A stretch of 64,000 bases of DNA, taken from Octopus vulgaris. Lineage: Eukaryota. Positions 25,951-40,909 of this stretch are shown here, in pieces. Within the stretch, counting starts at the first letter, position 1; the number at the start of each line of letters is the position of its first letter. The position numbers and the translations under genes are program-made. The notes under the pieces are model-generated. The model saw only the letters and a list, made by a program, of their open reading frames with translations, had not been told where the DNA came from and made no database searches. The stretch spans positions 38,130,001-38,194,000 of the forward strand of contig OX597825.1 in assembly GCA_951406725.2 (NCBI GenBank). The letters run 5' to 3'.

Positions 25951-26700
25951 CGGAACTCCACGCATCCTCTTCCAAGTAAGTTTTATCTTAATAATTATAT
26001 GCACACTCTTAGCCTTACTGTGCCCCTCTCGCACATTCTTCATTCTTTCTGGTTTTCTCTACCATTCTCTCCCTTTCACAGTTCCCTTTCTCTTACTACT
26101 CCTCCTCCTCCCTCTCGTCGCTGACATGTGACCAGAGTCCTTCTGTCTTTCTGACCACAGCCTTCAACAAGTGTAGCCGGCATCCTATTCCTTTCTTATG
26201 TCGTTGTGCTCACGCGTTCAAAATAATTTTTCTTTCGTTCGGCTTAACAACCCTTAACGGTTGTATTACTGTTATTCTACTTGTCCTGACGTTTACTGCT
26301 TTTATTTGTATTTTTACTGCCTTGTATTGTTTTTACTGTCCTGTTTTTGTTACCACTGTTACCCCTCCGCAAAAAAATCTCAAATTTTATTTAATTTGCT
26401 TTGAGGGAAGGACCGTTTCACCGAAGTCGTGTCTCGCCTTTACCCTCGAAACACGGTGTAGACGAAACGGAGGCGGCTGAAGAAGGGGAATTTTCCTTGT
26501 GTTGTATGTCTTGTAACCTGTTTTTTCGTTGCTTAAAAAAATGTCCGTTTCCATGGTTCTCTTTTTATGTTTTCGTTTCTCATTGTGTTCGACGTTTTTT
26601 TTTGTGCCCTGTACCCATATATGCATGTATATATACAAATAGATGTAGGTACGTACATATATGTATGTATATATGCATATATTTTATTTATTATTTTGTT
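25951..26700 (+). mobile_element. TA-embedded dispersed repeat, Penelope-LTR-like (same family as 34900-35735)
   Basis: Shares ttttcgttcgg...aaca, tttttactg repeats, gtctcgc...cgaaac...ctgaagaaggg, gttttcgtttctc...tgttcgacgt and gtaggtacgtacatatatgt with the 35 kb copy. Confidence 0.65.
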
Positions 26701-26747
26701 ATTTTATATATATATATATATACACATATGTATATGTATATATGTAT

Positions 26748-26848
<101 letters not shown>

Positions 26849-27979
26849 CAAGCATACAGAGAGACATATATGAGAAGTAAACACACATATACGGCTGCTT
26901 GTTCGGTATTTAATGCAGTCAAAAAAGGTTACATGAAAATATATAATCCACTACAATGTATGAAAAGTTTTAAACACGTAAGATTTGAAATATCGACGAA
27001 GACATAGCCAACACGATTTGGACTAGTTATTATATATCGAAGATGTAGCTTGAAACAAGCAGATAAGAAACGAAGTAATCATATAAATGTACAGTTTCAG
27101 CTCACTTATATAAATCAGTTTATGGCTTTAAAATGGCATCGAGTAAACTAAGAAACAACATTGTAGTAACATTAGTTGTAATTAGAATGTCATCAAAACC
27201 TAAGCAGTTATATTATATTTGTCTACAGAGAGTGCCCTTATTCCGTATATTTATATTAGTATTGTTAACAGAAAGTGCAAATGGTGACATTGTTGATGCT
27301 GAAGTGTACACGGGGAGGAGTCGGATGCCCGGCCAGTTGATAATTTGGATATCGCGGGGAAGCTCTTAGCGTGATTGACAGAGTGGTGTCAGGCCCAGAA
27401 CTATTCATTATTCACGGACAGATGTTTATACATCTGTTGAGCTTACAGGATATTTATTGGATAAATGCATAGGACTGTGTGGAACAGCTTTTATCAGCTG
27501 AAGGTCTTTCCCAAAGTGTCTCAAAAGAACTAACAGGTAAATTCAAAAAGAGGAATCAGTACTTCTGTTCAGTGAGATCGTAGCATCGATGGTAAAGATG
27601 GACAAACGCCCCATATATTTTGTTTCGCCAATTCATGTGGATTCACCCATGCGTGTAAATGTGACTCGTGACGGGGCGTGTCTAGGTGGTTGGGGAATTC
27701 TATTCAGGTCACTCAGCTGGCAAAAATTAGTAGTACTTCTGTTTGAAATTACCAGCCCTGGCAGATAGTGTGTCGCACTGAACAACCCCGACAATTGCGC
27801 CGAGGGTACGCGTGTCTCTTGAGTGCTCACCCATGCACGTTAATTCCACGAGCAGGCTATTACGTTTGTCGGATGAAGTAAAACCGTCGTTATTGTAACT
27901 GACGGAATGCCAGAATGTGAATGATAAATGTGTGCCGTTACGAATGTACATATTCGATTATTCTTTGATAGTTTTTTGT

Positions 27980-28115
27980 TTTTGTTTCAGTCTTTTGACA
28001 GCGGCCATGTTGGAGGATCGCCTTGAAGGGTTATAGTTGAAGAAATAAACACTATACTTATTCTTTTTAGTCCAAGTAATTATTCTATTCGCCTATTTTG
28101 TCGAGACCCAAAGTT
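27980..28115 (-). mobile_element. SINE family B 3' tail fragment
   Basis: gtttcagtc...gcggccatgttgga is the reverse complement of the family B tail. Confidence 0.6.
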
Positions 28116-28343
28116 ATATATATATATTTCTGCAGGTGTATAAGTATATATATGGGCTTTCCCTTTTCTACTCGCATTTTACGACTCTTAATTTCAATGT
28201 TCTTTTTCATGTTATATTATCTTCAACGAACTTTTCAACCGTAATCTTTTGATTTTAAATGCAAAATTATTATTTTCGAGGTTTTGCACACATATTTTTA
28301 AAATTTTTATTTCAAAAATATTTATATATTTACTTATTCATTC

Positions 28344-28511
28344 AAGGTGACGACCTAGCAGAATTATTGGCTAAAGGCTTAGCGGCATTTCCTCCGTCAA
28401 GTATGTCTTTCATCTTTTTGGGGATGATAAAATAAGTACCAGTTGAACACTGGGGTTAATGTAATTGAATTATCGTTCCCTCGACATTGTTGGCCTTGTG
28501 CTATTTGTAAC
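28344..28511 (+). mobile_element. SINE family A, degenerate
   Basis: tttcatc...gataaaataagtaccagttgaacactgggg...tggccttgtg. Confidence 0.6.
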
Positions 28512-28993
28512 TAACGTATTTTGTGATTAAAAAAAAATCTTTTTATAAATTCAACTTTCTAAACAACTATTTTATCCCCAAAATGTTTTCATTTTCAGTG
28601 TCTATTTCAAAGTTAATCTTTAAGTTTTCCATTGTTTAATGTCTTACTACTATAAATTTTTCACATGTAATATTAAATTTTTAACTTTTAATTTCAATAT
28701 TCAATCTTTTTAATAATCTCTTATTTAATTATTTAACTATTAAAAGTTTTCTGAAAGGTTTATATGTAATTCTCAATTTTAAGGTTTAAAGTTTCATAAT
28801 ACTATTTAGACATAAATTCCCATTTTTTTCTTCATTTTTATTTCCACAAATCTGTGCAATCTACTCTTCATTCTTTATATATATATTTAGTTACTTGGTG
28901 TCATGTTGATTTTAATTCTTATATATATATATATATATATGGAAAAAAAAAGTCAAGATAGAAAATGCTAAAATAATTTTATAAAAAACATTT

Positions 28994-29029
28994 CAGTACC
29001 GGTTCCAGTCATTGAGACTTTCTCAACTG
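28994..29029 (-). ncRNA. Hammerhead-like motif, U3-A8 core variant (this copy has A13G)
   Basis: Minus strand: cag-TTGAGAA-agtc tcaat gact-GGAA-ccgg-TA-ctg. The partner arm (30146-30172, plus) reads cag-TTGAAAA-agtc tcaat gact-GAAA and then has a deletion. Confidence 0.6.
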
Positions 29030-29920
29030 TAACAATTAAATAATTAAATTTAGAAAAATTTAAAGAAAAGATTTTTTAAAAGAATATTTCTATAGTGTTC
29101 AAATACAAGTGGCGTTTTCCTTGTTTCTGCCTGTCTCTGTTTCTCTTGTTTACTCTAGTGGGTTCGAGGTCGTTGTGAATTCTTGGTAGGGAAGAAGAAG
29201 AAGAAGAAGGAGGAGGAGGAGGAGGAGAGGAGAAGGGGAAGAATAATAATAATTTGGGAGTGCCATGATAGTAGTATTTTGAATGGTCAGTGGATGATAG
29301 CAGTCCCTGTTCAATTCATGAAAATATTCCTTTTAAATGCTTTGTTTATAGAATTCGCGTAGGTGTTATTCGAAAAGCATTAGTGATAAAGTTAGGAACC
29401 ACAAGAAGAAGAAGAGGGAGAAAAAGAAGAAAGAGAAGGGAGAATAAGAACGAATGTAGGTAGTAGTATCTACATTCATTCTTATTCACCCTTCTCTTTC
29501 TTCTTCTTCTTCTTTTTTTCTCCTTATTCTTCTTCTCCTCCCTCTCCTCCCTCTTCTTCTCCTTCTTTTTCTTCTTCTTCTTCTTCTTCTTCTTCTTCTT
29601 CTTCTTCTTTTTCTTCTTCTTCTACATAACTTTATCACTAACGCTTTTTCGAATAACACCTACGCGAATTCTATAAACAAAACATTCAAAAGAAATATTT
29701 TCATGAATTGAGCAGCGATAGCTATCATCCACTGACCATTCAAAATACTACTTTCATGGCACTCCCAAATTATTCTTCTTCTTCCCCTTCTCCTCTTCCT
29801 TCTCCTCCTCCTCCTTCTCCTTCCCTACCAAGAATTCAAAACGACCTCGAACCCACAAGAGTAAACAAGAGAGACACAGACGGGAAGAAACAAGGAAAAT
29901 GCCACTTGTATTTGAACACT

Positions 29921-30081
29921 CTGAGTTCAAATTCTGCCGAGGTCGACTTTGCCTTTCATCCTTTCGGGGTCGATAAATAAAGTACCATTTTCGCACTGGG
30001 GTCGATGTAATCGGCTTAATCCGTTTGTCTGTCCTTGTTTGTCCCCTCTATGTTTAGCCCCTTGTGGGTAGTAAAGAAATA
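29921..30081 (+). mobile_element. SINE family A inserted in the right arm of the fold-back element
   Basis: ctgagttcaaattctgccgaggtcgactttgcctttcatcctttcggggtcgataaa...; absent from the homologous position in the left arm. Confidence 0.85.
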
Positions 30082-30391
30082 TATACAAATATTCCTTAAA
30101 AACAATTTTCTTTTAATTTTTCTACATTTAATTATTTAATTGTTACAGTTGAAAAAGTCTCAATGACTGAAATTTTTATAAAATTATTTTAGCATTTTCT
30201 ATCTTGACTTTTTTTTCCATATATATCAACTCGTGTGTTCATTTTCATCCTTATACACACACACACATATATATATATATGTACATATACACACACACAT
30301 CTATATATATACACATACATATATACATACAAACACACTCACGCGCACGCTAGCACACCCTCATATATATATTAGTTTAACGAGAGTATAT

Positions 30392-30515
30392 ATTTCTTTA
30401 ATGCCCACAAGGAGCTAAACATAGAGGGGACAAACTAGGACAGAAAAAGGGATTAAGTTGATTACATCGACCCCAGTGCGTAACTGGTACTTAATTTATC
30501 GAAGGCAAAGTCGAG
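30392..30515 (-). mobile_element. SINE family A fragment
   Basis: Reverse complement of 29940-30075 (gctaaacatagaggggacaaa...gattacatcgaccccagtgcg). Confidence 0.75.
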
Positions 30516-30936
30516 TATAATCAGGGGTTTGCCAAGATCTTACAATTACGCCACAAAGAGTTTCTTCCCTTGAAAGATCTAATGCAGTGGCGAGAATATC
30601 TGTGGTCTATTCAAATTGTTCGACTAATACAATAACAAAGGAGAAGTATCATATCTGAACATCAAAAAGGGTGACATTTCTATAAAATGTATGTGAGGTG
30701 CTCGTAGTAAAATTCCTAAACAATATCCTCAAATTGATCGTCTATACTGCTTTGATATCATCTGTACTTTCGTACCTATTACATGCAAACATATATGCTA
30801 TTTTGCTTTGACCACGTTTCATAATGCTAGGAAACTATTAGTAGTTCTTATTTTATTACAGGGCGCATTATATGTACCTTTTACTGGAGGGTTCAGTTTT
30901 TATTCAACTTCCAGGAACTGATGTGTGTGTGGGGGG

Positions 30937-31550
<614 letters not shown>

Positions 31551-31559
31551 ATGTATATA

Positions 31560-31953
31560 TTCATTTATTTGTTTCAGTCATTTGGCTGTGTCTGTGTTGG
31601 AGCACCGCCTTAAACGTATTTTTGGACGAGGAAATAAACCTCAGGCCTTATTCTTTGTAAGCCTAGTATTTAACCCATTGGCCTGTTATGCCGAACCGCT
31701 AAGTTACGGGAAAATAAACAGACTAGCATCGGTTGTCAAGCGATGGTGGTGGGATAAACACAGACACAAAGACACACACACATAGATATATACATATACG
31801 AAGGGCTTTTCAGTTTCCGTCTACCGAATCTACTCACAAGGTTTAGTCGACCCGAGCCTATAGCAGAAGACATCCTATGTGACACGTAGAGGGACTGAAC
31901 CCGGGACCATGTGTTTGGGAAGCAAACTTCTTACCACACAGCCACACTTGCCT
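31560..31953 (-). mobile_element. SINE family B, near full length
   Basis: Ends cttcttaccacacagccac (reverse complement of the tRNA-like head); contains tttcagtttccgtctacc and gggactgaacccgg. Confidence 0.85.
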
Positions 31954-32621
31954 CTGGATATGTATACACTCGCACACACACGCACGCACACAAGCACGCA
32001 TGTAAATATATATACGCAAATAAAATCACATTCTGCACATAGTATGCCTACTAATTTAAATTTGCAAGACGTAATTCGGCCCGTGGCTATTCTAGTATGT
32101 ATACGTAAAAATGCAAGGTATATCCTGCCTAAGACTACTTCGCATTTTACCTTTTTCGAGATCGATAATGTAATGCACAAATAATGTACTGCAGTCGATA
32201 TAATCAACAATAGTCTCCTGGCCGTGTAAATGTGTTTAAATCAATAAAATCTTTGTCAATAATTTTCACTTTAAGAGAAGTGTAACAATTTTGCAATATT
32301 CTTTTGCAAGTTTTCTTCCATAAAATCATTAACGAAACACAGATTTCGTGTTAATATGGAAATATTTCAGTAAACAGAGTTCAACCAAATTCTTAAGTTG
32401 TGTTCTCATATGATAGTATTTCATTTTTTTTTGTTTTGTGTGTGTGCGTAGTGTTAAAGTGCATACATTTCGCAATTAAAATTCACCTTCATAATTAAAA
32501 TATATTTTGGCCTTATATCGAAAATCGCTGCAGGTTATATTTAAATATCTTACTTATAGACTCTATTCTCTCTCTCATTCTGTAGCTCTCTCTCTCTGTA
32601 TATATGTATATGTATATATAT

Positions 32622-32738
<117 letters not shown>

Positions 32739-33049
32739 ATATTTCTATGTATGTATGTATGCATGTATGTATGTGTGTACACACAGGTTTACAACAATAC
32801 CTGCTGAGAAAATAGCTGCCAGAAAATGTTATGATTGGAGGCTACTTATCTGTAAAAATGTGCGAGCTGTGAAAAGTTCCTTGTGTTTTAAATTGATTCA
32901 TATTTCCAGTGCTGTTCTTTTGATGTTTTGATGTACTGTATTGTATTCACACTCCATATTTTAATAATCTGGAACTAATGGGATATGCCATCTGAAATTT
33001 TACATGCTAACTCCCTTGATAAAAGTATGATTAACATTTTAATTTCTGA

Positions 33050-33220
33050 AGGCCTCGTGCTGGCAGAATCATTAGCACGTTGAGGGATCTGCTTGGTGCC
33101 ATTTCGTCTACCTTTACTTTCAGATACCTTCCTTTCCGTCTCAATAAAATAATACCAGTTCAACACTGGAATCAATGCAACAGACACAGTCCCTCCCTTC
33201 TGGCCTTGTGTGAAGAATTG
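33050..33220 (+). mobile_element. SINE family A, degenerate
   Basis: gctggcagaatcattagcacg...ataaaataataccagttcaacactgg...tggccttgtg. Confidence 0.5.
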
Positions 33221-34340
33221 TAACTTATATTTAAAGATTGTCTTGTATATAATTTAAATTTATTGTCAGTCACCTCGATAACTCTACGGCATAACTTTGC
33301 CGTATCCAGCAAGCAAAATCTTCTACTTTTAATATATAGATACGCATTTTCCCTGTTATTTAATCTTATGCTTATTAAATTTTATTATGCAGTTAGTGTA
33401 AATTTGTTTTCGATCAGAAGAGCCCTGTAAATACACGAGTGCTTCAGCTTTGTCTGTTATGGACTTATTCATACGTTAATTTTAAAACATTTTCGCTTTC
33501 AATTCAGAGTTCTTTGCAAGGACTCTAACTTTTGAAGCGTGGCACAGTGGTTAGGTGTTGTACTCACGATCACCGGGCAGTGTGTTATATTTTTTAGCAA
33601 AATACTTATTTGCACATCCTATAGTATTGTGTGGGCATCGACATGCCAATTGCCAAATGCCAAAAAATTGGCTCAACAGGTTTTCGTAAAATGCGACCAA
33701 ATTAGGTTGTGGTAGGATTTACGCACGGACTTCGTAAAACCCTCACTAGCCATGACTATCCAAACAAAACCATGACTTTAAGGTCATGACTGGTGTAAAT
33801 GTGTCATCCGAGAGTCAATTGGAATTACCACAAACATGTAGATATGGTGATGTGTCTTTAGAACGCTGGCCCAAATACAGTAGCGTATATCACTCTGACT
33901 GAATGTTATCACAAAATCATATGATCCATTTCATTTAGCTGAAATTCTAAAAAAAAAAAAAGAATATTCATTACATTATAAACAATATTTATTTCATAAT
34001 GTAAATAATTGTTCGGCATCGAGACGTGTAAAAAATTGATACATTTTTCCCTGAAAACTTAATAATTTAAGTTTTGTGCAGAGATGTGTGCAATTCTATT
34101 TCCATTGTATCATACAGTCTTTGTCAAATGAATAGATTCTCTGAAGTTTTCAATGCGTATACAATACGTCTTCCTTCTACCTGAGTATATAATCGGCTCA
34201 TTCTTCTATTCAATATACCTGTCAGAGTGGTTAAAGACCACATATTGAAAGACATTTCTTTCTATGCAGATGTATATACATACATACCAGCATACATACA
34301 TACATACATACATACCAACATACATACATACATACATACA

Positions 34341-34399
<59 letters not shown>

Positions 34400-34899
34400 A
34401 CACATAAATATATTGTCCGATGTGCTAACAATTCTGCCAGCTCAAACTACACATACATTCATACACACAAATATTTTTTGTGCATAAATATTTATACATA
34501 CACAAACTTTTAAGCTAGTATGTAGCTTTTAAGCAACTAACAACGAATGGGAAGATCTGACTTGTTTTGGAGAATTTGTTGCAATTGCTTCCTCCGGAGT
34601 TATACCCCAATGATGATCATATTCATCGCTAAAAATCATGTAAAAAAATCGCCGAAAACCATCGCAGTAAGGAAAACAAAAATACGAAATTTCAGGATTG
34701 CAGGTCCGGATTCGGCCCGGAATAATTTAATTTTCTCACAGAATGAGGATCATTCCAAAATAGTAGTATATGTTGTGCTACAGCCTCTTGGAATAAAGGT
34801 GAAAAAATGTGACACACTGATATTCACATTTATTATATAAGATATATATAAGCTTAGGAAAACTGTATTTCAATTTTGGTATATTTTATATATATATAT

Positions 34900-35735
34900 A
34901 TATATATTTCTTTCTTTCTATCCCATCCCCTTTTCGTCTTTTTTCCCTCGCTTAATTTGTCTCTTCCTCTCTCCCTCATTCTTCATTCTCTCTCTCCCCC
35001 TCACCATTCTTCATGGTCTCCTCGCACCATTCCCTTTCTTCTCTCCCTTCCTCTTGCTCCTCCTCACCCATTCCCGTCGTCCATCTGCGACGATACTTCC
35101 GCCGTAACTGCTAACGGTCTTTCTCGCCCGCCTTTTAAGGCTACTGGAAGACTTTTCCTGCTCTCTCGTCGTTCACAAAAAATTAGCGTTTGCAATACTT
35201 TTTTCGTTCGGCGTCAACAGCCCTTCTTATCTTGTTCTCCCTGTCCTGTCTTTTACTGTTATATATATTTTTTTTACTGTTTATATATATATTTTTTTTT
35301 ACTGTTTATATATATATATTTTTTTACTGTTTATATTTTTGTACTGTCGTTACTGTCTCGTTTTTTTTACCATTTTTTTATCATTTTTTACCACTCTGCG
35401 AAAAGATCTCAGAATTTTAATTGATTTGCTTTTCGCAGGAAGGAAAGTTTCTTGTCGAAGATACGTCTCGCTTTTATCCTTCGAAACGTAGAGTAGATGA
35501 AACCTTAGCGACTGAAGAAGGGTTTTTTTCGTTGTGTTAACTGTCCTGTACTCCATTTTTTGTTGTTTTTAAAAAAAATGTCCTGTTCCTTTGGGTTGTG
35601 TCTATGTTTTCGTTTCTCTATGTGTTCGACGTCCCTTTGGTGTCCTGTACTCATATATGCGTGTATATGTACATGTAGAGGTAGGTACGTACATATATGT
35701 TTATATATATGCATATGTTTTATTTCTTTTATTAA
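34900..35735 (+). mobile_element. TA-embedded dispersed repeat (same family as 25951-26700)
   Basis: See the 25951 copy; contains short tandem tttttactgtttatat units at 35250-35345. Confidence 0.65.
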
Positions 35736-35742
35736 TATATAT

Positions 35743-35775
<33 letters not shown>

Positions 35776-35916
35776 ACACAAATATTAAGGAATGGCCCTG
35801 ATAGGCCATTCCTTAATATTGTTGAATGTATATTATATAGTCTGTGACTATTTTTCCTTTCTCACTAGACCGTTGGTGGCGGAAAATTTTTCTTTAATTT
35901 TTTGCTACCCTTATAT

Positions 35917-35956
<40 letters not shown>

Positions 35957-35988
35957 GTGTGTACCTGTATGTGTATGTGTATGCATAC

Positions 35989-36024
<36 letters not shown>

Positions 36025-36484
36025 GCACGAATTAATAAAAATAAAAAATAAAACACAATTGATAGTGTTTAGTAGTTAGTTCAACATGCTAGCCACAGGA
36101 ATTTCTGTCTAGGAAAGTTGTACATCATCTCCCTCTTTCTCTCACATACCCAATCTCCCTCATTTTATTATTATTATTATTTTTTTTTTTTTGCTGTTGT
36201 TGTTGTTGTTGTTGTTGTTATTATTATTATTATTAATCCCATTGCCACCATCAATACTACTTCTATTAATAAAACATCATCAGCTCTCCCTAAATTTCTT
36301 TCTCTCACTTTCACTCCCTCTCTTTTTCTCTCTTTCGCTCCCTCTCTTTATCTTTCTTTATCTCTCCCTCTCTTTCTCTGTCTTCACCACCACCCTCACC
36401 GTCTTTATGCCTACTATTAGTCTCACCCCAGCACGAAGAAGTGTCATTGAATAATGAGAGAGAGTGTAGGCAAATATATATATG

Positions 36485-36770
36485 AGGGCGCACGGCCTAG
36501 TGATTAGAGTGCTAGACTCACGATTGCGAGATCGTGGTTTCAGTTACAAGACTGAGTGGTGCATTGTGTTTTTCGGTAAAACACTTCATCTCATGCGATC
36601 CCTTCGACATCTGACGCCTGCCATACGCTGCACCTATTCAGACAACGTCGATTTGATGAATGAAGGGAGCATATGTACAGCACAAACATTTGATCATTTT
36701 AAGCATTTCACTTATGCAGGTGGTCCAGCAAAAACTGAACGCTTACTCGTCATTTGCCACGGGAGAGTCA
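36485..36770 (+). mobile_element. tRNA-derived SINE, family C
   Basis: Head agggcgcacggcctagtgattagagtg...ctcacgat is A-box-like; a related fragment lies at 33535-33610. Confidence 0.5.
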
Positions 36771-37984
36771 ATCAGATAAAATTTAAAATTTACGTGTTGG
36801 GTATATCCCTAGCAGAACGCCAATTAAGTACACTGGCTGCCTATGGCTACCTGGCATCATCCACGGTAATCGAACGATTGTCACTGGATTTACATCAGGA
36901 TTTCGTCACTGTTCAGTGAGTATAACAGAAACGATAGAGATGGGAAATGGAATACAAAGGAAACTTTATGGATCACAACGATCGTTTCGACCCATCTTTA
37001 ATTGCTCCCTCACGGATGGCAAACTATAGAATGAATTTTGTTGCATTCCATAGTGGAGTGGCAACTCATCAGTCGCTGTAATAATGTACCTCGTTACATA
37101 ATTGTTATTTCGTTCTTTCAGATTAACTAGAACATGCTGTTAGTGGTCCTAGCTTAACTACATTCAGAAATAAAACTTTTGGTAGCTATCCAGTTACCCT
37201 AGCTTCACACCGGTGGGATAAACAACTTGCTTAGTGATTCTACCGTCATAACACTTCATGACTATTTGGCACACACTTATATCCCAATATACGCCTATAC
37301 ATACAAAAACACAAACATGCATATATTAAAAAACATAATGTTGTATAGTTGTATGGAAACTATCTCACCAATCAATCCAATTTCTACGTGTGGGTGTGTA
37401 TGTATATTCATACATATATCTAAGTATACATCCAACAATTCATACATATACACATATATGCTTATATTACAAAAGTAAGATACTGTTCTATCAAAACTAT
37501 TTCACTAGTCTATCGAATTTGGTAGAAGTTTAATCTCTTGCGTCATACATGATGATTGTAGACACTACTTCTCGGAAGAAAGACTGTTAACAATGTTTGA
37601 TATGGATTGCTCGGTTGTCTAAGAGCATCTCTTATACGAGCATCCATAGTAAAAGCTTAAAATTGTTTACATTTTCAAGAAATCTTACACACGCTCAAGT
37701 GACTGTGTTTTCATATAGATTTTATTTGAAATATACGCCGAAGTTCTCTCTGCGGCATGAAAATCCAATTCAATGATAACTGACATATCGATCAAAATAC
37801 GATTATAAATAGTTTTATCTTTAAACCAACATCAAAGTGTGCATTAGTCAAATTGAATTATTACAAATACATCGATGAATTCCTATTTAGAAGTATCTTC
37901 CAAGATATAATTCGTGAAATAACTGTTATTACTGCATTTATGTAGCATGGCTTGAAACACTTGTTCCTTACTAATTAAATAATC

Positions 37985-38452
<468 letters not shown>

Positions 38453-39339
38453 GCATTCACGGAGTAATTACATACTCACACTCCCTCACACTTATTTAAA
38501 TTGAGAGTGAAAGGAAAAACAGTAAAACCATGAACGAATGTGCGCCTGTTGTACTAAGACATACGTCGAGCTGAGATTTTGTAGCAATTTCTATGCTTTC
38601 ACTTTCGCTGCAAAATACATAAACCTTTAATTTGTGTATTCATAACTGGGGAACAGTTTTGAAATTCAATCTAGAACATTATTATGTTAGTAACACTACG
38701 TAGATTTTCATTTTGTTCATTTTTGTAAAGCAAACGTACAGGGGTAATCACGTCTGAGCACTGTATTATTTGCTTTTGACAAATGAGTGAAAATTGCATG
38801 TGTTTTAAGTTGCCTGGATTCATAAGATACGTGTTATACAGTAATTGCACATGTATCGTTAAGAATCCAATTTTAAAATTTAGGAATCATGATGTAAAAT
38901 TTTGATTATAGGTTATGCTAAAATTCGCACATCCTATCTAAAATTTGTCCATTACGATCCGTCAGTTGGTATATGAAGCGTATCTTCGAAATATTTCATA
39001 CATATTCAAAAATATAAACGCAGACACATGAACTTCTATATGTATATACATTTACAATCATATACATGTATATACATACACATATTTAAGTATACGTTCA
39101 TTTATTTACGCACATACATAGTTATATACACAGGCACATGTGTGTGAATGTGTTTGTATATGTATACACACACATATACATACATAACGATATGCATATA
39201 TATATATATATACAGAATTCCATATATCAATATATAGCTACTTCCATCCAGCTATCCAGCTATCCATCTATCAACCTATCCATCAACATTTCTCTCTCTC
39301 TCTCTCTCTCTCTATTTTCTAATAATTAAAACTACACTT

Positions 39340-39480
39340 CTGAGTTCAAATTCCACTGAAATCGACCTTGCTATTCATCCTTTCCGAGTCGATAAAACAA
39401 GTACCAGTTTCGCACTGAGGTCGATGTAATCAACTCATTCCCTTCTCCGAACTTACTGAGCTTGTGCCGCTATTTGAAAT
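39340..39480 (+). mobile_element. SINE family A
   Basis: ctgagttcaaattcc...ttcatcctttccgagtcgataaaacaagtaccag. Confidence 0.75.
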
Positions 39481-40124
39481 TGATAATAAAATTTGTACTT
39501 GCTCTAATTACTTTTGCGCATGTTCCCACGTAGCTCGAATCCAGCTGTGTCTCTCGTGTCTTCTTTGCTCGTATTTGTTCAGAATCTCATGATCTCTTGT
39601 GTTACCGCATTTTAAAAACCTTATTTATGCTCGTCATTCTCGGCTGGTTCTATTTACCCTTACTCTTCTCTTTATATCTTTCTCCGAATTAAAGCTATTT
39701 CAAAAAGTGAGCCTTTTATACTTGATGGCATTTTGTATACATTTCTATAAACTTGTACTACAAGCATTTTTCTCTTTAATTATTTGCTTGATCCAAACTG
39801 AAAAACTAGAAAACAAAAACAATGGATCAGAACAAATTAACATACACCACGAAAAAAAATTCAGCCGTTGTGAATGAGAAATCCCTACAGATTTTCAATA
39901 CTGCTGAATCCAGAAGTGTGACTTCATAAAATCTGCCAAATCCTGGATGTAAAGTAACGAAAATTGAATGAACAGAGTAAAAATTGATATGTTCCTACTA
40001 GGATTAAAGTGGAAAAATTACAAAACAAGTTTCTCTCTCACAATTTCAGCCTTCGATTGTCAATTGCAATCACCGTTCCTTCCATCGTTTTATCTTCCTC
40101 TATGTTTACCCATCTGTGTACTTT

Positions 40125-40129
40125 CTATC

Positions 40130-40220
<91 letters not shown>
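40125..40220. repeat. (ATCT)n microsatellite
   Basis: Direct reading. Confidence 0.93.
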
Positions 40221-40594
40221 TATATATATGTCTGTTTATCTGTCTATCTATATATTTATCTATTAATTTACCTATCTTCTTCCACCTCTCTCTGTGTCTC
40301 TCCCTCAGTCTTTGCTCTAGGGTTTATTGTCTTTAGTCTTTTTTATTGTAATCTATTTCATTCTGTGACACACATACTTTCACACTGCCTGTCTGTCTGT
40401 CTGTATCTCTCTCTCTCTCCATATTTGTGTTTCCTGCAAGAGCTTCTCCTTAACCTTGCATACACGTGTTAATATTCCTCCACTTTCTCACTTCAAATAT
40501 GCACACATTTATCCTTCTTATAATAATTTTCTGTGTTCGGTTGCTGGAACGTTTTACACAGTTAGTAAACACCATAAAAACCTGGAAAAGTCTT

Positions 40595-40820
40595 CTATTT
40601 GGGCAGACTAAATCCTTGTAAGTGGATGTAGTAAACGGAAACTGAAAGAAGTCCATGTATGTATACATGTTTGTTTGTGTGTCTGTGTTTGTCCCCGTAA
40701 CTTAGCGATTCAGCTTAAAGTACCGATAGAATAAGTACTAAGCTGCGGTCAATTGGTTCGATTAAAGGTGGTGCTCTAGCATGGCCGCAATCACATGACT
40801 GAACAAGGAACAGAATAAAT
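40595..40820 (+). mobile_element. SINE family B, 5'-truncated and deleted
   Basis: acggaaactgaaagaag...gataga ataagtacta...ggtgctctagcatggccgca. Confidence 0.65.
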
Positions 40821-40909
40821 AATTGTATGTTTTGCAATCGGTGAATAAATAAATATATATGCACATATGAAATAGTGAATTTATACCATATATTTATACA
40901 CTTCTATAT

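Larger units (their letters stand above)
28941..30218. mobile_element. 1.28-kb fold-back element in (TA)n, centre near 29464, with a SINE inserted in the right arm
   Basis: ggaaaaaaaaagtcaagatagaaaatgc... pairs with ...gcattttctatcttgactttttttttcc. The arms stay colinear through the GAA/TTC tracts to the apex gaatgtaggta-gtag-tatctacattc. Confidence 0.88.

Noticed and set aside
27290-27620. CR1/L2-like RT fragment (VSGPELFII)
   Set aside because: A single weak motif; too decayed to support.
35250-35345. CRISPR-like spaced repeats (tttttactgtttatat)
   Set aside because: Low-complexity tandem units without unique spacers, in eukaryotic context with no cas genes.
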